Assembly (NCBI GenBank): GCA_964016885.1
Contig: OZ024755.1
Span: forward strand, 27,714,001 to 27,778,000
Reading direction: 5' to 3'
Length of the DNA: 64,000 nucleotides
Source: Eledone cirrhosa
Taxonomy: Eukaryota
Shown here piece by piece: positions 27,817 through 42,395 of this stretch; the stretch's first letter is position 1, and each line of letters begins with the position of its first letter. The position numbers and the translations under genes are program-made. Under the pieces are notes generated by a model. It made no database searches. It saw only the letters and a program-made list of their open reading frames with translations, and had not been told where the DNA came from.

Positions 27817-27883
27817 CAGGTGGACCACAACGCACCAGTTCGGATCTAGCTGCCGAAACGGCCGGAGCTCAGCCGTCGGGGTC

Positions 27884-27993
<110 letters not shown>

Positions 27994-29280
27994 CAATATC
28001 AGAGAAAGCTTTTTAGCGATACTCCGGCCAAATTCCAACTCACTCAACAAACATTAGGAAATAAGTGATTATATTCCCAATTATGCGTTCGGGGTGCTAA
28101 CTAAAAGTATTGCGTGGAAAATTGGCTATATTATTTCATATGAGACATATCTAATATATCTCTTCCCAGACGGACGTCTCGTTTCATTATAGGATTCCTA
28201 CAATTTGAGTGAAATTATACCAATTTATGTAGGAGCTTGTATACCATCAATAGATATATATTCAATTTATAGATATAGAAGTGTGGTGGGTGTGTAAGTG
28301 TGTGTGTGTGTATATATATGTATTTACATGTGTATGTATTATATACAGTTGTGTTTATGAACATTGAACACCCGCCGGATATGTTCAATGTAAATTATGA
28401 GATCAATACGAAGTCGCCAAATGTGATATCGAATATTGGTTCCTCGATAACTTCAGCCTTTAAAGAAAACTAATTTTCTCTCTTCGGTTGTTTTACTTTC
28501 GTAAATTTCGTTATTCTAAATAAATAATTTACTATAAATAATTGTTTCTACTTTTGGCACAAGGCCAGCAATTACCCCAGTGCATTACTGGTGCTTTATT
28601 TTTCGACCCCGTAAGGATGAAAGGCAAAGATAACTTCGGCGGAATTTGAACTCAGACCATAGAGGGCCGTAACCCTATGCTGCATGATTTCTGATTTAGG
28701 CACAAGGCCAGCAATTTTGGGGGAGGGGAAAGTCGATTAAATCGACCCAGTGCATGACTGGTACTTTATTTGATCGTTAGCTGGCAGGTGAAGGGGTATA
28801 CTGTCTGTTGGCTGGTTGTAACGTCTGGCAGGGGCACCACCGCTTTTCTGGTGATAAGGGCTGGAGTTTGAACTCGGGATGTACAGAGCTGAAACAGATA
28901 CAGAAAAGCATCCAATCCGACTCATTTTAACGATTCTACGAATCCACTATCTCTGGATTGCAGACCTACCAACCTCTAAAAGCCCAAACGGGGTACCATG
29001 AAACGGGTTACCATGAAAAAAAGTGCCCCAAAACGGAGAGAAATGAGGCAAAATAGGGAGATTTTATATAATGAAAAGCTAAACACCGCCATTACTGTTT
29101 TTGTTTCAATTAGAAGGTTTCAATTAATTTCAAAAGTAATCAATAATTTGGTGAGATTTAATAAAATATATCTTTATCATTATTAAGTTTCAGTATAGAA
29201 CATAACTTAGCAAAGTGGGTGGGAGATCTCCCCGTCCGACGTAGAAAGTTGACAGGTCTGGGATTCGTACTAACCCTTAA

Positions 29281-29500
29281 CCCTTTAGCATTCACATTAT
29301 TTTATATATACTATTATATTTTCATGGTAAAGGCTTTACCTCACATAATTATCTCACATAATATCGAATCTATGAGATTTTGAAAGTATTTATTTTGAGA
29401 ACAATACTTTAACATCAGTTTGAGCGACCAGTTACAGCCAGTTTCAACAGAAAATGGTAGAGAATTCTGGCCGGTTTCGGCCGGTTTGAACACTAAAGGG
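29281..29500. mobile_element. piggyBac-type MITE
   Basis: TTAA TSDs at 29277-29280 and 29501-29504; TIRs CCCTTTAGCATTCA / TGAACACTAAAGGG. Confidence 0.8.
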
Positions 29501-29805
29501 TTAATAGATCAAACTGAATGAATATTTGTCTCATTGTCCTAATATTATCTCCAGTTTATAAGTTATCCTTTCTCTCGAGTTTTCTTGGTTGTCCATCGTA
29601 AACGATGACGACATCTTCTTTATTGTCGTTCCCGTCTGCCGTGGGCACGAAGGTGGCCGTGGAGGCCGATCCTTGACTTGCAGGTCCGGTAAAAACTTAA
29701 AACTAAAACTGAATACTAACTAATACTTATTACTAATTTATACTTATTCCTAATTAAACTATTTTTCAGTGGGAAAAATTTGTCAGCATTTTCTTTTCCT
29801 TTTTA

Positions 29806-29906
<101 letters not shown>

Positions 29907-29931
29907 AATATATATATATATATATATATAG

Positions 29932-29990
<59 letters not shown>

Positions 29991-30017
29991 AATATATATA
30001 TATATATATATATATAG

Positions 30018-30232
<215 letters not shown>

Positions 30233-30331
30233 AAAAACATGGGGAGAAGAATACTGCATGGTTGCACATGGATTACATATTATAAAATTAGTCCCTCATC
30301 AGTGATTTGCCAACCATCATTGGTATTTCAT

Positions 30332-30392
<61 letters not shown>

Positions 30393-30583
30393 TCGATATT
30401 AATTTAACAGTGAAAATAATAACTTGACTTTGTTGTTAAATTAACATCGAATATCCGACTCTGTATTTATGGAATTAAGTTAGTGGAACACGGAACCTCT
30501 CTATGGATTACACTGGATTATTCGCTATCAGATTACATTGAGTTCTATCTACTGTACGGAGCCTACCACGAAGGGTAGACGAC

Positions 30584-30647
<64 letters not shown>

Positions 30648-30696
30648 AAAAAATGGGGAGAAGAATACTGCAGGTTGCACATGGATAACATGTTAT

Positions 30697-30773
30697 AAAA
30701 TGAGTCCCTCATCAGTGATTTGCCAACGATCATAGATATTTCATTGCATTAAAAATCATATACCTCACGTTGG
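30697..30773 (-). ncRNA. Permuted HHR, diverged family A copy
   Basis: CCAACG/CGTTGG, AGGTAT/ATATCT and TGATTT/AAATCA helices around intact GAAA and CTGATGA. Confidence 0.7.
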
Positions 30774-31086
30774 TGCAATAATAACTAAATTAAGTTATTA
30801 GGACAATTAAAACGCGTAAAGCGAGTGAGACAAGTAAACAATAAAGAGGAAAGCTAACCGTAGATAGGAAGGGAACAAGCTACATAGTTATTCTGTTAGC
30901 ATAAGCTAGGTGAATATATGAGCGCTTAGATATATATATATATATATATATAACGAAGGAAATGTGGTAAGGAACCAGGTGGACCATAACGCACCAAAGT
31001 ACTCAATACTTAGGGTAGTAGAGTGGGTAATAGGAACGAGTAGGACCCCGACGGCTGAGCTCAAGCCGTTTCGACGACTAATTCTG

Positions 31087-31131
<45 letters not shown>

Positions 31132-31273
31132 TCTTCTCGTCATTTGATTTGCCGGACTTAAGCCCACAAGATTCATTGACTTGTCTCTCTTTTCCTCTCT
31201 TTACGTTGCAGTACTACCATGTTGTTTGTTTACTTTCCTCTGTCCCGATAACTTAATTTAGTTATCGCTCGTA

Positions 31274-31345
31274 CTGATTTCAGGTATAGTCTTTAATGCG
31301 AAGAAATACCAATGATAATCAGCAGACTACTGATGATGGACATTC
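31274..31345 (+). ncRNA. Permuted HHR, highly diverged family A copy (2-nt deletion near the cleavage site)
   Basis: CTGATT/AATCAG distal helix, GGTAT/ATACC, (TA)GTCT/AGAC(TA), A-GAA and CTGATGA-T; inverted partial copy at ~31400-31477 across a (TA)n tract. Confidence 0.65.
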
Positions 31346-31364
31346 CTGCTACTCGGTCTATTTT

Positions 31365-31402
<38 letters not shown>

Positions 31403-31621
31403 AAAATAGACCGAGAAGCAGGAATGTCCATCATCAGTAGTCTGCTGATTATCATTGGTATTTCTTCGCATTAAAGAGGTCGGCCGCCTTCAAGAGTATA
31501 TATATATATATATATACTCTTGAAGGCGGCCGACCGAACTAGAAACTGCTAAATGTGTGGCCGCCTTCTTGTCTCTCTGCCTTTTCAGCCCCATCGATTA
31601 TATTCCTTTGTTAAATTTCGA

Positions 31622-31679
31622 ATACCTGATGATGTCACCGGATTCATACGGAACCCGGTCATTGAAATGTTCATAGTAT
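31622..31679 (+). ncRNA. Type I hammerhead ribozyme motif
   Basis: ATAC-CTGATGA-tgtcACCGG...CCGGTcatt-GAAA-TGTTCA-TA-GTAT. Confidence 0.7.
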
Positions 31680-31745
31680 AATAAGCCTTTAAGGAATTAC
31701 ACCAGTCCATCCTCCTGTTATTTTATTATATATATATATATATTT

Positions 31746-31785
<40 letters not shown>

Positions 31786-31951
31786 TTATTTACTTATTTA
31801 TTTATTTCAAAAAAGCACTCTGGCTAATTGACCACTCCCCAAAGAAAAAAACGGCCTGTGCCATGAAGTGGTCCTGTATACCTAAATACCCCCCCTCCCC
31901 CTCCCTTACCATTACCTAAATGTATAAATACCAGAACTTAATATGACACCC

Positions 31952-32002
31952 AGCTTCCTGAAGATTTCATCTGAATGAAACAGTACTAGTCCTGTAGAAG
32001 CT
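31952..32002 (+). ncRNA. Type I hammerhead ribozyme motif
   Basis: AGCTTC-CTGAAGA-tTTCA(TC)TGAAt-GAAA-CAG(TACTAGTC)CTG-TA-GAAGCT. Confidence 0.85.
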
Positions 32003-32088
32003 CCTTCTATAAAATAAAAAAAATTTACTCTACCATGTATTGAGTACCTTACTTACTGTGGTTATCCCCGACTCAACCCGGGACCTAC

Positions 32089-32150
<62 letters not shown>

Positions 32151-32273
32151 ATATATATTTATTAAAATAACAGATTAAAGTTTAAGCAAAGAATCACTGC
32201 TTTCACCCTTAACGGGTGATATATATATATATATAATTCTTATCGAGCCCTTTTCGGATTTTAGTCTTCACAC

Positions 32274-32352
<79 letters not shown>

Positions 32353-32353
32353 C

Positions 32354-32430
<77 letters not shown>

Positions 32431-32437
32431 CATATAC

Positions 32438-32529
<92 letters not shown>

Positions 32530-32535
<6 letters not shown>

Positions 32536-33433
32536 AGATCAAAAGATGGTTAAAGGAGTTCCATATATTTTATTATGCGCATTTCAAAAACAAACATCAT
32601 CAAGCAATAATATTTGTGTTTTCATCAGATAAAACAGGAGAACATGATATGAAGGCTAAAAAAACACTTGTTGATAGTGCAGTTTTAAATCAACATAATA
32701 TAAGATCAAAAGATGGTTAAAGGAGTTCCATATATTTTATTATGCGCATTTCAAAAACAAACATCATCAAGCAATAATATTTGTGTTTTCATCAGATAAA
32801 ACAGGAGAACATGATATGAAGGCTAAAAAACACTTGTTGATAGTGTAGTTTTAAATCAACATAATATAAGATCAAAAGATGGTTAAAGGAGTTCCATATA
32901 TTTTATTATGCGCATTTCAAAAACAAACATCATCAAGCAATAATATTTGTGTTTTCATCAGATAAAACAGGAGAACATGATATGAAGGCTAAAAAAACAC
33001 TTGTTGATAGTGCAGTTTTAAATCAACATAATATAAGATCAAAAGATGGTTAAAGGAGTTCCATATATTTTATTATGCGCATTTCAAAAACAAACATCAT
33101 CAAGCAATAATATTTGTGTTTTCATCAGATAAAACAGGAGAACATGATATGAAGGCTAAAAAACACTTGTTGATAGTGCAGTTTTAAATCAACATAATAT
33201 AAGATCAAAAGATGGTTAAAGGAGTTCCATGTATTTTATTATGCGCATTTCAAAAACAAACATATATGTTGATTTAAAACTGCACTATCCACAAGTGTTT
33301 TTTAGCCTTCATATCATGTTCTCCTGTTTTATCTGATGAAAACACAAATATTATTGCATGATGATGTTTGTTTTTGAAATGCGCATAATAAAATACATGG
33401 AACTCCTTTAACCATCTTTTGATCTTATATTAT
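32530..33433 (-). mobile_element. Tandem 166-167-bp retrozyme-like array (4 full units, 1 partial, 1 inverted), each full unit with a minimal type I HHR
   Basis: AAGATC at 32535, 32702, 32868, 33035 and 33201; HHR TTTTAT-CTGATGA-long stem II-GAAA-TGCGCA-TA-ATAAAA at 32568-32634, 32735-32801, 32901-32967, 33068-33134 (-) and 33327-33393 (+). Confidence 0.9.
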
Positions 33434-33516
33434 GTATACTCCAGTCCTACAAACTGTAGAGTGCTTCTTATCCGATATCTGCATTGCTTTATTGTACTAC
33501 AATAAAACTCACCTCC

Positions 33517-33596
<80 letters not shown>

Positions 33597-33759
33597 AAGA
33601 GTCAGGACTCTGACGGTTGAGCTCCGGCCGTTTCGACAGCTAGATCCGGATCTCAACCGTCGGGGTCCTGACTCTTTCCCTACTACCCACTCTACTACAC
33701 TAAGTATCGAGCACTCAGGTGGGTTATGGTCCACCTGGTTCCTTACTACACTTTCTTCG

Positions 33760-33801
<42 letters not shown>

Positions 33802-33824
33802 TATATATATATAATATATATATA

Positions 33825-34055
<231 letters not shown>

Positions 34056-34096
34056 CGAAACATAAGTCAATTGCATGAACTCATAATTCTTTATTT

Positions 34097-34152
34097 ACTG
34101 CTATATATATTTCGATGATAGCCATTGAGTGGCTATGACCTCATCAGGCAGT
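34097..34152 (-). ncRNA. Type I hammerhead ribozyme motif
   Basis: ACTGC-CTGATGA-GGTcATAGCCA(CTCAA)TGGCTATcATC-GAAA-TATATA-TA-GCAGT. Confidence 0.88.
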
Positions 34153-35254
34153 TAGTCAGTTCTTAGATATGCCAGCTCTGTGTTTATGGTGTTGATTGTA
34201 TCAAAGCCCTGGGACATATGAGCTTGTTAGGAATAATCTAATGTTGTCAGCAGGAATAATATTAATTCTCATTGGTCAGTTTGTAGATGCTTGTAGGGTT
34301 GGTATTTGACCTCAAAGAGGCGGGTGGTGTTGTAAAGTTCAAACCATCAGGCAAGATGACAATAGTTCCATATGACTGATTTTCACAAAAAGCATTCCGG
34401 GTCAGATATATATTCAATTGGGGTTTATAGTATGAAATTCGATACTACAGGTCAATCTTAAATTGAGGAATTTATGTAGGGTGGTACTACTGAAAATTAT
34501 GGTTAGAGTAGAATACTAGAAAATTTACATATAAAAAGACTTATGTTGGTTGACTTGCACATACATTCACACCCACCCCCACATCCACACATACAAATTG
34601 AGGAATTTATGTGGGGTGATAATACTGAAAATTATGGTAAGAGTCAAATACTTAGAGAGTTTAGAAATAAAAAGACATATGTTGGTTGACTTGTACATAC
34701 ACTCACACCTACCCCCTCATACACACACACACACATCTACACACACAAATCCATACAGGTGTGTATATATATATATATGTACGCACAAGTGCATATATAT
34801 ATACGACAGAGGCCCCCAAATCCAAGTATAAGGTAGACATAAAACTAGGTGGGTGTTATTTTTAAAGAAAAGTAAAGTGGGTGTTTGGAAAAGTTATTGT
34901 TTAGACTAGACAAAATAGCGTGTGATATATATCTTCACAGCAATAGCTTAGGGGCTTTGGAGCTTAGGCGAATCCCTTAGTACAGATACACATACCCAGC
35001 CACACTTTTATACCTCTGGATGCGCGTGTATGTCTATATACACATGTGCACTCATACAAGAGAGCATATACAAACATACTCCTAAGCATACACTTGAACA
35101 TTTTTCAAATGCAACCTGGGGTATTAGTATTTCGTTGCGTTCACATGAGTGTGTACACTCACGCAATCCTAGTATACACACACTATGTACGGTTGCGGGC
35201 ACTCATTCATGTGTATAGGGTTAGTACCTTGGTATTATATATATATCTATATTA

Positions 35255-35600
35255 TATATCTATCTATCTATCTATCTAAGGCGGGTAAAATTCCCGAGAT
35301 CCATGGACGAGTTCTCTCCAGCGGTCTCTGTCCCTCATTATCGCTGCCATGTCCTGCATCTCCAACAGACCAGTGTCTGTCCTTAGGGCATCAACATACG
35401 TTAACCTTGGTCTTCCTCTTCTAGTGTGTCCATGTAGGGGCTCCCAAAGGAGTACTGAGTGCAATGTCAACTCTGGATGTCGGTGAGCATGTCCAGCTAA
35501 CCTCAATCTCCTCTGTGTCACTTTTGAGCTGACTTTTGGGATGCTCCCATACAGCTCTGAGTTTTTCATCCTCAGTGTATACTGATTAATGTTCAGAGCC
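35255..35600 (-). mobile_element. RTE-group LINE 3' fragment
   Basis: NSELYGSIPKVSSKVTQRRLRLAGHAHRHPEL...LLWEPLHGHTRRGRPRLTYVDAL..DTGL...MRDRDRWR; (TAGA)n tail. Confidence 0.88.
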
Positions 35601-35636
35601 ATTCATATATATATATATTATATATATATATATATA

Positions 35637-35827
35637 GGGCGGTGGATTGGCAGTATCGGTAGAGGGTCGGACGCCATGTTTTCCAGCATAGTTACGTCCC
35701 TTTATGATCTGAGTTCAAATCCCGCCGAGGTTGACTTTGCCTTTCATCCTTACGGGGTCGATAAAATAAAGTACCAGGAATAACACTGGATAATTGCTGG
35801 CCTTGTGCCTAAAGTAGAAACAATTAT
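35637..35827 (+). mobile_element. tRNA-derived SINE, full length
   Basis: Same family. Further copies at ~24530-24652, ~28540-28770, ~39790-39950, 40139-40295, 40305-40493, ~43040-43145, 44234-44419, 47870-48054 and a cluster at ~51538-52270. Confidence 0.9.
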
Positions 35828-36261
35828 ATATATATATCCAGGAAAATTGCGAACTAAAATTGAGAAGAGCAACAACACCAACAGAAACTCAAAGCATTAT
35901 GCTGTAAATGAAACAGATATTAACGTTTCGGGCAGTTAACCTTTGTCAAGACAGATGGAGAGGAAAAAGTATATAAAAAAATATATAGAAAGAGAAAAAA
36001 AATGTGCATATGGTTATCAAAAATTAAACTGACGTTGATCGCTTTACAAGCTCGTGAATTAGACCAATGTGACATTATATGATCTTTTAAGCATACAGAA
36101 TATATCACCGGATCTCTCAATAACCCTATTATACAGTCTCACTTATACATCGAATATACATATATTGACTATATTGACACATACATATACTTACATATAT
36201 ATATACTGCTATAGAAGTACATGAATGCATAAAATGTACCCCACACATGCCTACACATATA

Positions 36262-36299
<38 letters not shown>

Positions 36300-36345
36300 T
36301 ATATATATATTATTTATATATGTATATATATGTATATATTATTTA

Positions 36346-36416
<71 letters not shown>

Positions 36417-36418
36417 TG

Positions 36419-36468
<50 letters not shown>

Positions 36469-36506
36469 AATATTATGTATATATATTATATATAAATGTG
36501 TGTGTT

Positions 36507-36551
<45 letters not shown>

Positions 36552-36562
36552 AAATATGTGTA

Positions 36563-36609
<47 letters not shown>

Positions 36610-36622
36610 AAATATGTGTGTA

Positions 36623-36675
<53 letters not shown>

Positions 36676-36686
36676 AAATATGTGTA

Positions 36687-36736
<50 letters not shown>

Positions 36737-37340
36737 CTAAACCAAGATATACACCCAGATACGTGAGTCATGTAATATAGACTGTTCGATTCCTGTATTT
36801 ATTTATTTATGTATAAATAATTCATGACTCCTTAATTGTAAATGTCGTTCAATTTGCATGTTAATGTAATGTCAAGCAAATGACAGTAGATTGGAAGAAT
36901 TGGTAGAGCAACGCAAATGTGCCTTGCAACGCAAATGTGCCTTGCGTTATTTATTTCGGTCTCAATAACGCTTGGAACTCTAATCTCACTCAAGTCAATG
37001 TTTACTTTCTTTCTTCTGAAATCGATAAAATATTCTCAGGCTGATTTTATTCACAATTAGGGGTCATTTCACACACTAAATCGCTAAATGCCATGTGAAA
37101 GCCATATATATCACAACATGGGAATTAATCTCTTATAAAAATTCAACGATTCCTGCCTTCCTAAAAAAGTTTTAAACTAAAACAATTCTTCGAAATATTT
37201 TTCCCGAATGGGTTTAATAGCATAACATACAAAGAACTACACTCAATCAATTGAAGATATTTATATATAACTACACCACCTTTTCCGTTTTTTTTTTTTA
37301 CATATAAACATATTCTCATATTGCAGGATAATATAGATTA

Positions 37341-37902
37341 CTAGACCACCCGTGACCCGTTGAGTCACGTTCACTTCAAAATATCTTTTAAAAATCATGT
37401 TCACTTAAAAATAATTTTTAAATAATTAAAATGTACACAGACGTGTTTGTATATAATGTGAAATGAAACTGGAAGGCCCATATATATACGTGTGTGTGTG
37501 TATATATATAAATGTGTGTGTTTGTATATATATATGTATGTGTGTGTGTATATATGGGTGTGTGTGATCTATATACACTGGTCATAGACACACACACACA
37601 CACACACATACACATACATACATACACACACATATATACACAACAACAGCACCAGCTCTCCCTCTCTTCCATGTTTCCTCTCCCTCTCTCTATGTCTCTC
37701 TTTCAATCTACTCTCTCACAACCACTATCTTTCTCTCTCTCTCTGTTTATGAAGGTACCCGAAAAACCCCCATATCTCAGGAACCCGTCCTCCGATTTAC
37801 GCGAAACTTGTTTTATTCCATTTGGCACCTTCCTTTCAAAGTATTTTCCCATTATTGCCCTTTTGACAAGCAAGCAATCACAGAGTTTTAGTAGTATATA
37901 GA
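37341..37902 (-). mobile_element. Non-autonomous Helitron
   Basis: Minus strand begins A|TCTATATACTACTAAAA and ends CTAG|T, with subterminal hairpin CGTGAC(CCGTTGA)GTCACG at 37351-37369. Confidence 0.7.
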
Positions 37903-38592
37903 TAGATATATAAAACAATATAATCTTAAATATATAAGAAGAAAAAACACTGAAGGTTGGAATGCCTTTGATCGTAGATCAGCTTAACTAGCGTTAAATG
38001 ACAAGAACACAACAACAATATAGTTTGAGATATATTTCAGTATTTTGCCATTATATAATCTAACATATATTACCACACTGTCATGCCACATTCTGATGTC
38101 CTTTAGCGTTGTCAGAAATAGGGGCTCTTTTACGACTGCAGCTATTACTACGCCATTTATTTTTAAAACGTCTGTTACAAAACCTTTCATTTTGTAGTGT
38201 TCATATTTAAATTAAAATATTCTATCATAATTTTATGTTTGAACCCTTTGCTAAGTTATGTTCCATACTGAAACTTAATAATGAATAAGATAGTTCTTTC
38301 ACTAAATCTCACCAAATTATTGATTACTTTTGAAATTAATTGAAACCTTCCAATTGAAACAAATAAACTAAAGGCGGTGTTTCAACAAGGTTTTGACCGT
38401 GATGGCTAAGAACTAAAGAAGATACTCAGTATCTCCAGGTCTGAACACAGACGTTTTTTTTTTCTGTAGAGGAAGACCCCAGTACTGGGCTGGTACTTTT
38501 TTTTTATCGACCTCGAAAAGATGAAAAGCAAAGTTGACCACGGCAGGATTTGAACTCAGGGTGCGCAGTGAGGTGGGACGAATACCGCAAAG

Positions 38593-38791
38593 AAGGCATG
38601 TCAAAGATGCGGCCCTTTACAAGCACACATGTGGCCCGCACAACGGTTTTTAAAGAGCGAGCATGTTTATTCTTCGTAATATAAAATTTAAAAAAATAGT
38701 TGTAATGTGTGCAATTAGTTGTCGTGTGACCCTCAGACAACACAAATGTGACCCATGTGGTCCTCGGGGGACCCTCAGTTTGACATGCCTG
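38593..38791. mobile_element. hAT MITE nested in a minus-strand SINE (~38470-38840)
   Basis: TIRs AGGCATGTCAAA / TTTGACATGCCTG; degenerate 8-bp TSD CCGCAAAG / TCGTAAAG. Confidence 0.75.
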
Positions 38792-39190
38792 TCGTAAAGC
38801 ATTCTATTCGACGTCGTAATGACTCTGCCAATTCGCTGGCTACACTATGTAAAATACCCCCGGCCAATATATCTTAGATGTTATCATTGTAAATGTTAAC
38901 ACAGTATATAGTTCATCTTACTGTATCAGATGACACATAACTACAGTATCACAATAGTACTTCCTACAACTTGCTATTTTAGCTCAGTCTCTTCACAGCT
39001 CTATATTTTAATATCGATTATTCTACTAGAAGCTGGATGCTAGGAATGTAGTAGGTTACAACAGAATGTTTTGTAATATTTACTTAAGCTCCTTTATGTT
39101 CTGTGTTAAAATCCACCGAAGTAAACACTGTCTTACGTCTTTTCAGGTTTGATAAAATAAAGTGCTGTGGTCTATCTAATCAACTGTGTT

Positions 39191-39644
39191 GGCTATGGTG
39201 AAAGAAGTTATATGGTGGACGAGGTTGAGAGGACTGAGGACAGATGCCTTTCTCTCCGGACAACAATTGATTCCCTTCTTTAAGTATCACTTTAGAAGGA
39301 GAATCAGGGTGGAGAGAGAGGCACTGCACCCCAGTAAATTTACTGAAAGGTGGGTGAATGAAGCGAAAATGGCCCGAGTGATTGGGCCTTCTCTGTTTAT
39401 AAGCCTGTAGGTTGAGGAAGAGAGCAAAAGGAAGAAAGGAGCACTTGCACAACACGCTCCTCGAGTTGAGGGTTGTTCTATCGACGGGGTATTAAACAAC
39501 CCATTTGTGGCGCCTCCCCTCTATTGGGGATTTCGATTGTTGAAATTGTTTGTTTTTATATTTTTTACACGACTGTATGTAAAATCGCCGGCATGTCTTT
39601 GTATTGTCCCCTTTCTTGTTGCGCCCTTGTGGCTAATAAAGAAA
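39191..39644 (+). mobile_element. 5'-truncated L1/Tx1-clade LINE (ORF2 C-terminus plus 3' UTR)
   Basis: AMVKEVIWWTRLRGL...FFKYHFRRRIRVERE...FTERW; AATAAA at the 3' end; 20-bp TSD TCTATCTAATCAACTGTGTT at 39171-39190 and 39645-39664; related fragment at ~43940-44130 (-). Confidence 0.8.
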
Positions 39645-40693
39645 TCTATCTAATCAACTGTGTTCTATTCAAGAATGTGTGGTGTTCTGCTTATATAATA
39701 AACCATTGCATCGTATATTAACACAACTTAACTTATTATATTTCAATTCAACGAAAGTTTTTTGTTTGTGTATTCGTATAATGTATGTTGAGGTGGCGAA
39801 TTGGCAGCAGAGTCGTTAGAACGTCGGATAGAATGCTTTGTGGTATTCGTTCTGGTTCTCTGCCCTCTGAGTTCAAATCCCACCGAGGTCAACTTTGCCT
39901 TTCATCCTTTCAAGGTCGATAAAAAAGTACCAGTCTAGTACTGGGGTCGAGTCTTCCTCTATATCTCTTTTTCATTTCCCCTCTCTCCCACTTTCTATCT
40001 TTCTCTGGTAGAAATCGGCTGTACTCGGGCCTGGAGAGGGGTGGACTCCGCCAGGCTTTAAAAAAATGCCCAAGTTACGCCGTATGTCAATACGGCGCTC
40101 CTGTGATTCTCTCAGGAGTTACAGGATCATACATACATAATTGTTTCTACTTTTGGCACAAGGCCAGCAATTACCCAGTGTATTACTGGTACTTTATTTT
40201 ATCGACCTCGTAAGGATGAAAGGCAAAGTTAACCTCGTAAGGATGAAAGGCAAAGTTAACCTCGGCGGGATTTGAACTCAGAATGGCAAGGGCCCATACA
40301 TACATAATTGTTTCTAGTTTAGGCACAAGGCCAGCAATTATCCAGTGCATTACTGGTACTTTATTTTATCGACCCCGTAAGGATGAAAGGCAAAGTCAAC
40401 CTTGGCGGGATTTGAACTCAGATCGTAAAGGGACGTAACTATGCTGGAAAGCATGGCGTCCGACCCTCCACCGATACTGCCAATCCACCGGCCCATACAT
40501 ACATAATGTATGTTAACACTTTTCTTAAGAAGCAATTCAAGTGGCTAACAAAGGTGATTTCACTCTAACATTATATCCCAGTCTATTACTTTCTGTATTA
40601 CTATAGTGTATCCAGACATATCAACTCTCCCTGTCCGACGAGGAGATCTCCGACCTACTTTAAGGTGGATGAGAAATGTCTTCTCTTGTGAAA

Positions 40694-41519
40694 TCCTGGC
40701 TTCTAACAATAGGGGACAGGATGATTGTGGGCCTAGGGTTTTATATCCTACCTTCCTGGCTTCTAACAATAGGGGACAGGATGATTGTGGGCCTAGGGTT
40801 TTATATCCTACCTTCCTGGCTTCTAACAATAGGGGACAGTATGATTGTGGGCCTAGGGTTCTATATCCCACCTTCCTGGCCTCTAACAATAGGGGACAGG
40901 ATGATTGTGGGCCTAGGGTTCTATATCCCACCTTCCTGGCTTCTAACAATAGGGGACAGGATGATTGTGGGCCTAGGGTTTTATATCCTACCTTCCTGGC
41001 TTCTAACAATAGGGGACAGGATGATTGTGGGCCTAGGGTTTTATATCCTACCTTCCTGGCTTCTAACAATAGGGGACAGGATGATTGTGGGCCTAGGGTT
41101 TTATATCCTACCTTCCTGGCTTCTAACAATAGGGGACAGGATGATTGTGGGCCTAGGGTTTTATATCCCACCTTCCTGACTTCTAACAATAGGGGACAGG
41201 ATGATTGTGGGCCTAGGGTTTTATATCCTACCTTCCTGGCTTCTAACAATAGGGGACAGGATGATTGTGGGCCTAGGGTTTTATATCCTACCTTCCTGGC
41301 TTCTAACAATAGGGGACAGGATGATTGTGGGCCTAGGGTTTTATATCCTACCTTCCTGGCTTCTAACAATAGGGGACAGGATGATTGTGGGCCTAGGGTT
41401 TTATATCATACCTTCCTGGCTTCTAACAATAGGGGATAGGATGATTGTGGGCCTAGGGTTCTATATCCCACCTTCCTGGCTTCTAACAATAGGGGACAGG
41501 ATGATTGTGGGCCTAGGGT
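40694..41519. repeat. 60-bp tandem array (~13.8 units) inside MITE 40613-41650
   Basis: Unit TCCTGGCTTCTAACAATAGGGGACAGGATGATTGTGGGCCTAGGGTTTTATATCCTACCT; the long ORFs here are repeat artefacts. Confidence 0.95.
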
Positions 41520-42395
41520 CTTCTCTTGTAAAAATGGATATAGCTTTTCATTATGTAAAATCTCCCCATTTTGCCTCATTTCTTTACATTTCTTGGAGCC
41601 CCTTTTTTATGGTACTCCTCGTTTGGATTCTTTAGAGGTTGGTAGGTCTGGTCTATCTATACTACCATGTCACATTTAAAAAACAAATATCTTACTGCAG
41701 TATACATTAGCACGACTTATTTTCTACATTATATTATACAATCTCACACAGTTTGTTAAACCAAAACGTATTTCAGCGGACAATAACTAGATCGTCTCTA
41801 TTATCTTCATTTCCATATCTCTGCATAAATTAACGACTGAATACATTTACTTTTGAATTAATACAGTGTGTGTATGTCTGTACATGCCTGTGTGTATGTG
41901 TGAGTGTGCGTGTGTGTGTGCGAGTGCGTGTGCGCGTGTGCGTGCGTGCGTCTGTGTGCGTCTGTGTGCGTGTATGTCTGTGTACGTGTATGTGTGTCTG
42001 TGTGAAGCTGTGCATGCCTCTCTCTCTCTGTGTGTGTGTGTGTGTGCATGCGTGCGTGTGTGTGTATGTATCTGTGTGTATGTATCTGTGTGTATGTATC
42101 TGTGTGTATGTATCTCTCTGTGTGTATCTGTGTGTGTGTGTGGTGTGTATCTGTGTGTATGTATCTGTATGTATATATCTGTGTGTGTGTATATGTGTGT
42201 ATGCATCTGTGTGTATGTATCTGTGTGTGTATCTGTGTGTATGTATCTGTGTGTATGCATCTCTCTGTGTGTATCTGTGTGTGTGTGTATCTGTGTGTTT
42301 CTACTATGAGTTATTTTTATTCAATGACCAAGAGACACTGGAGCTGATCACCACAAGACCACAACACTGACTCTTTTATACACAACGTCCATAGA

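Noticed and set aside
40560-41635. Long ORFs (269 and 277 aa) on both strands
   Set aside because: They result from a stop-free 60-bp tandem unit inside a MITE
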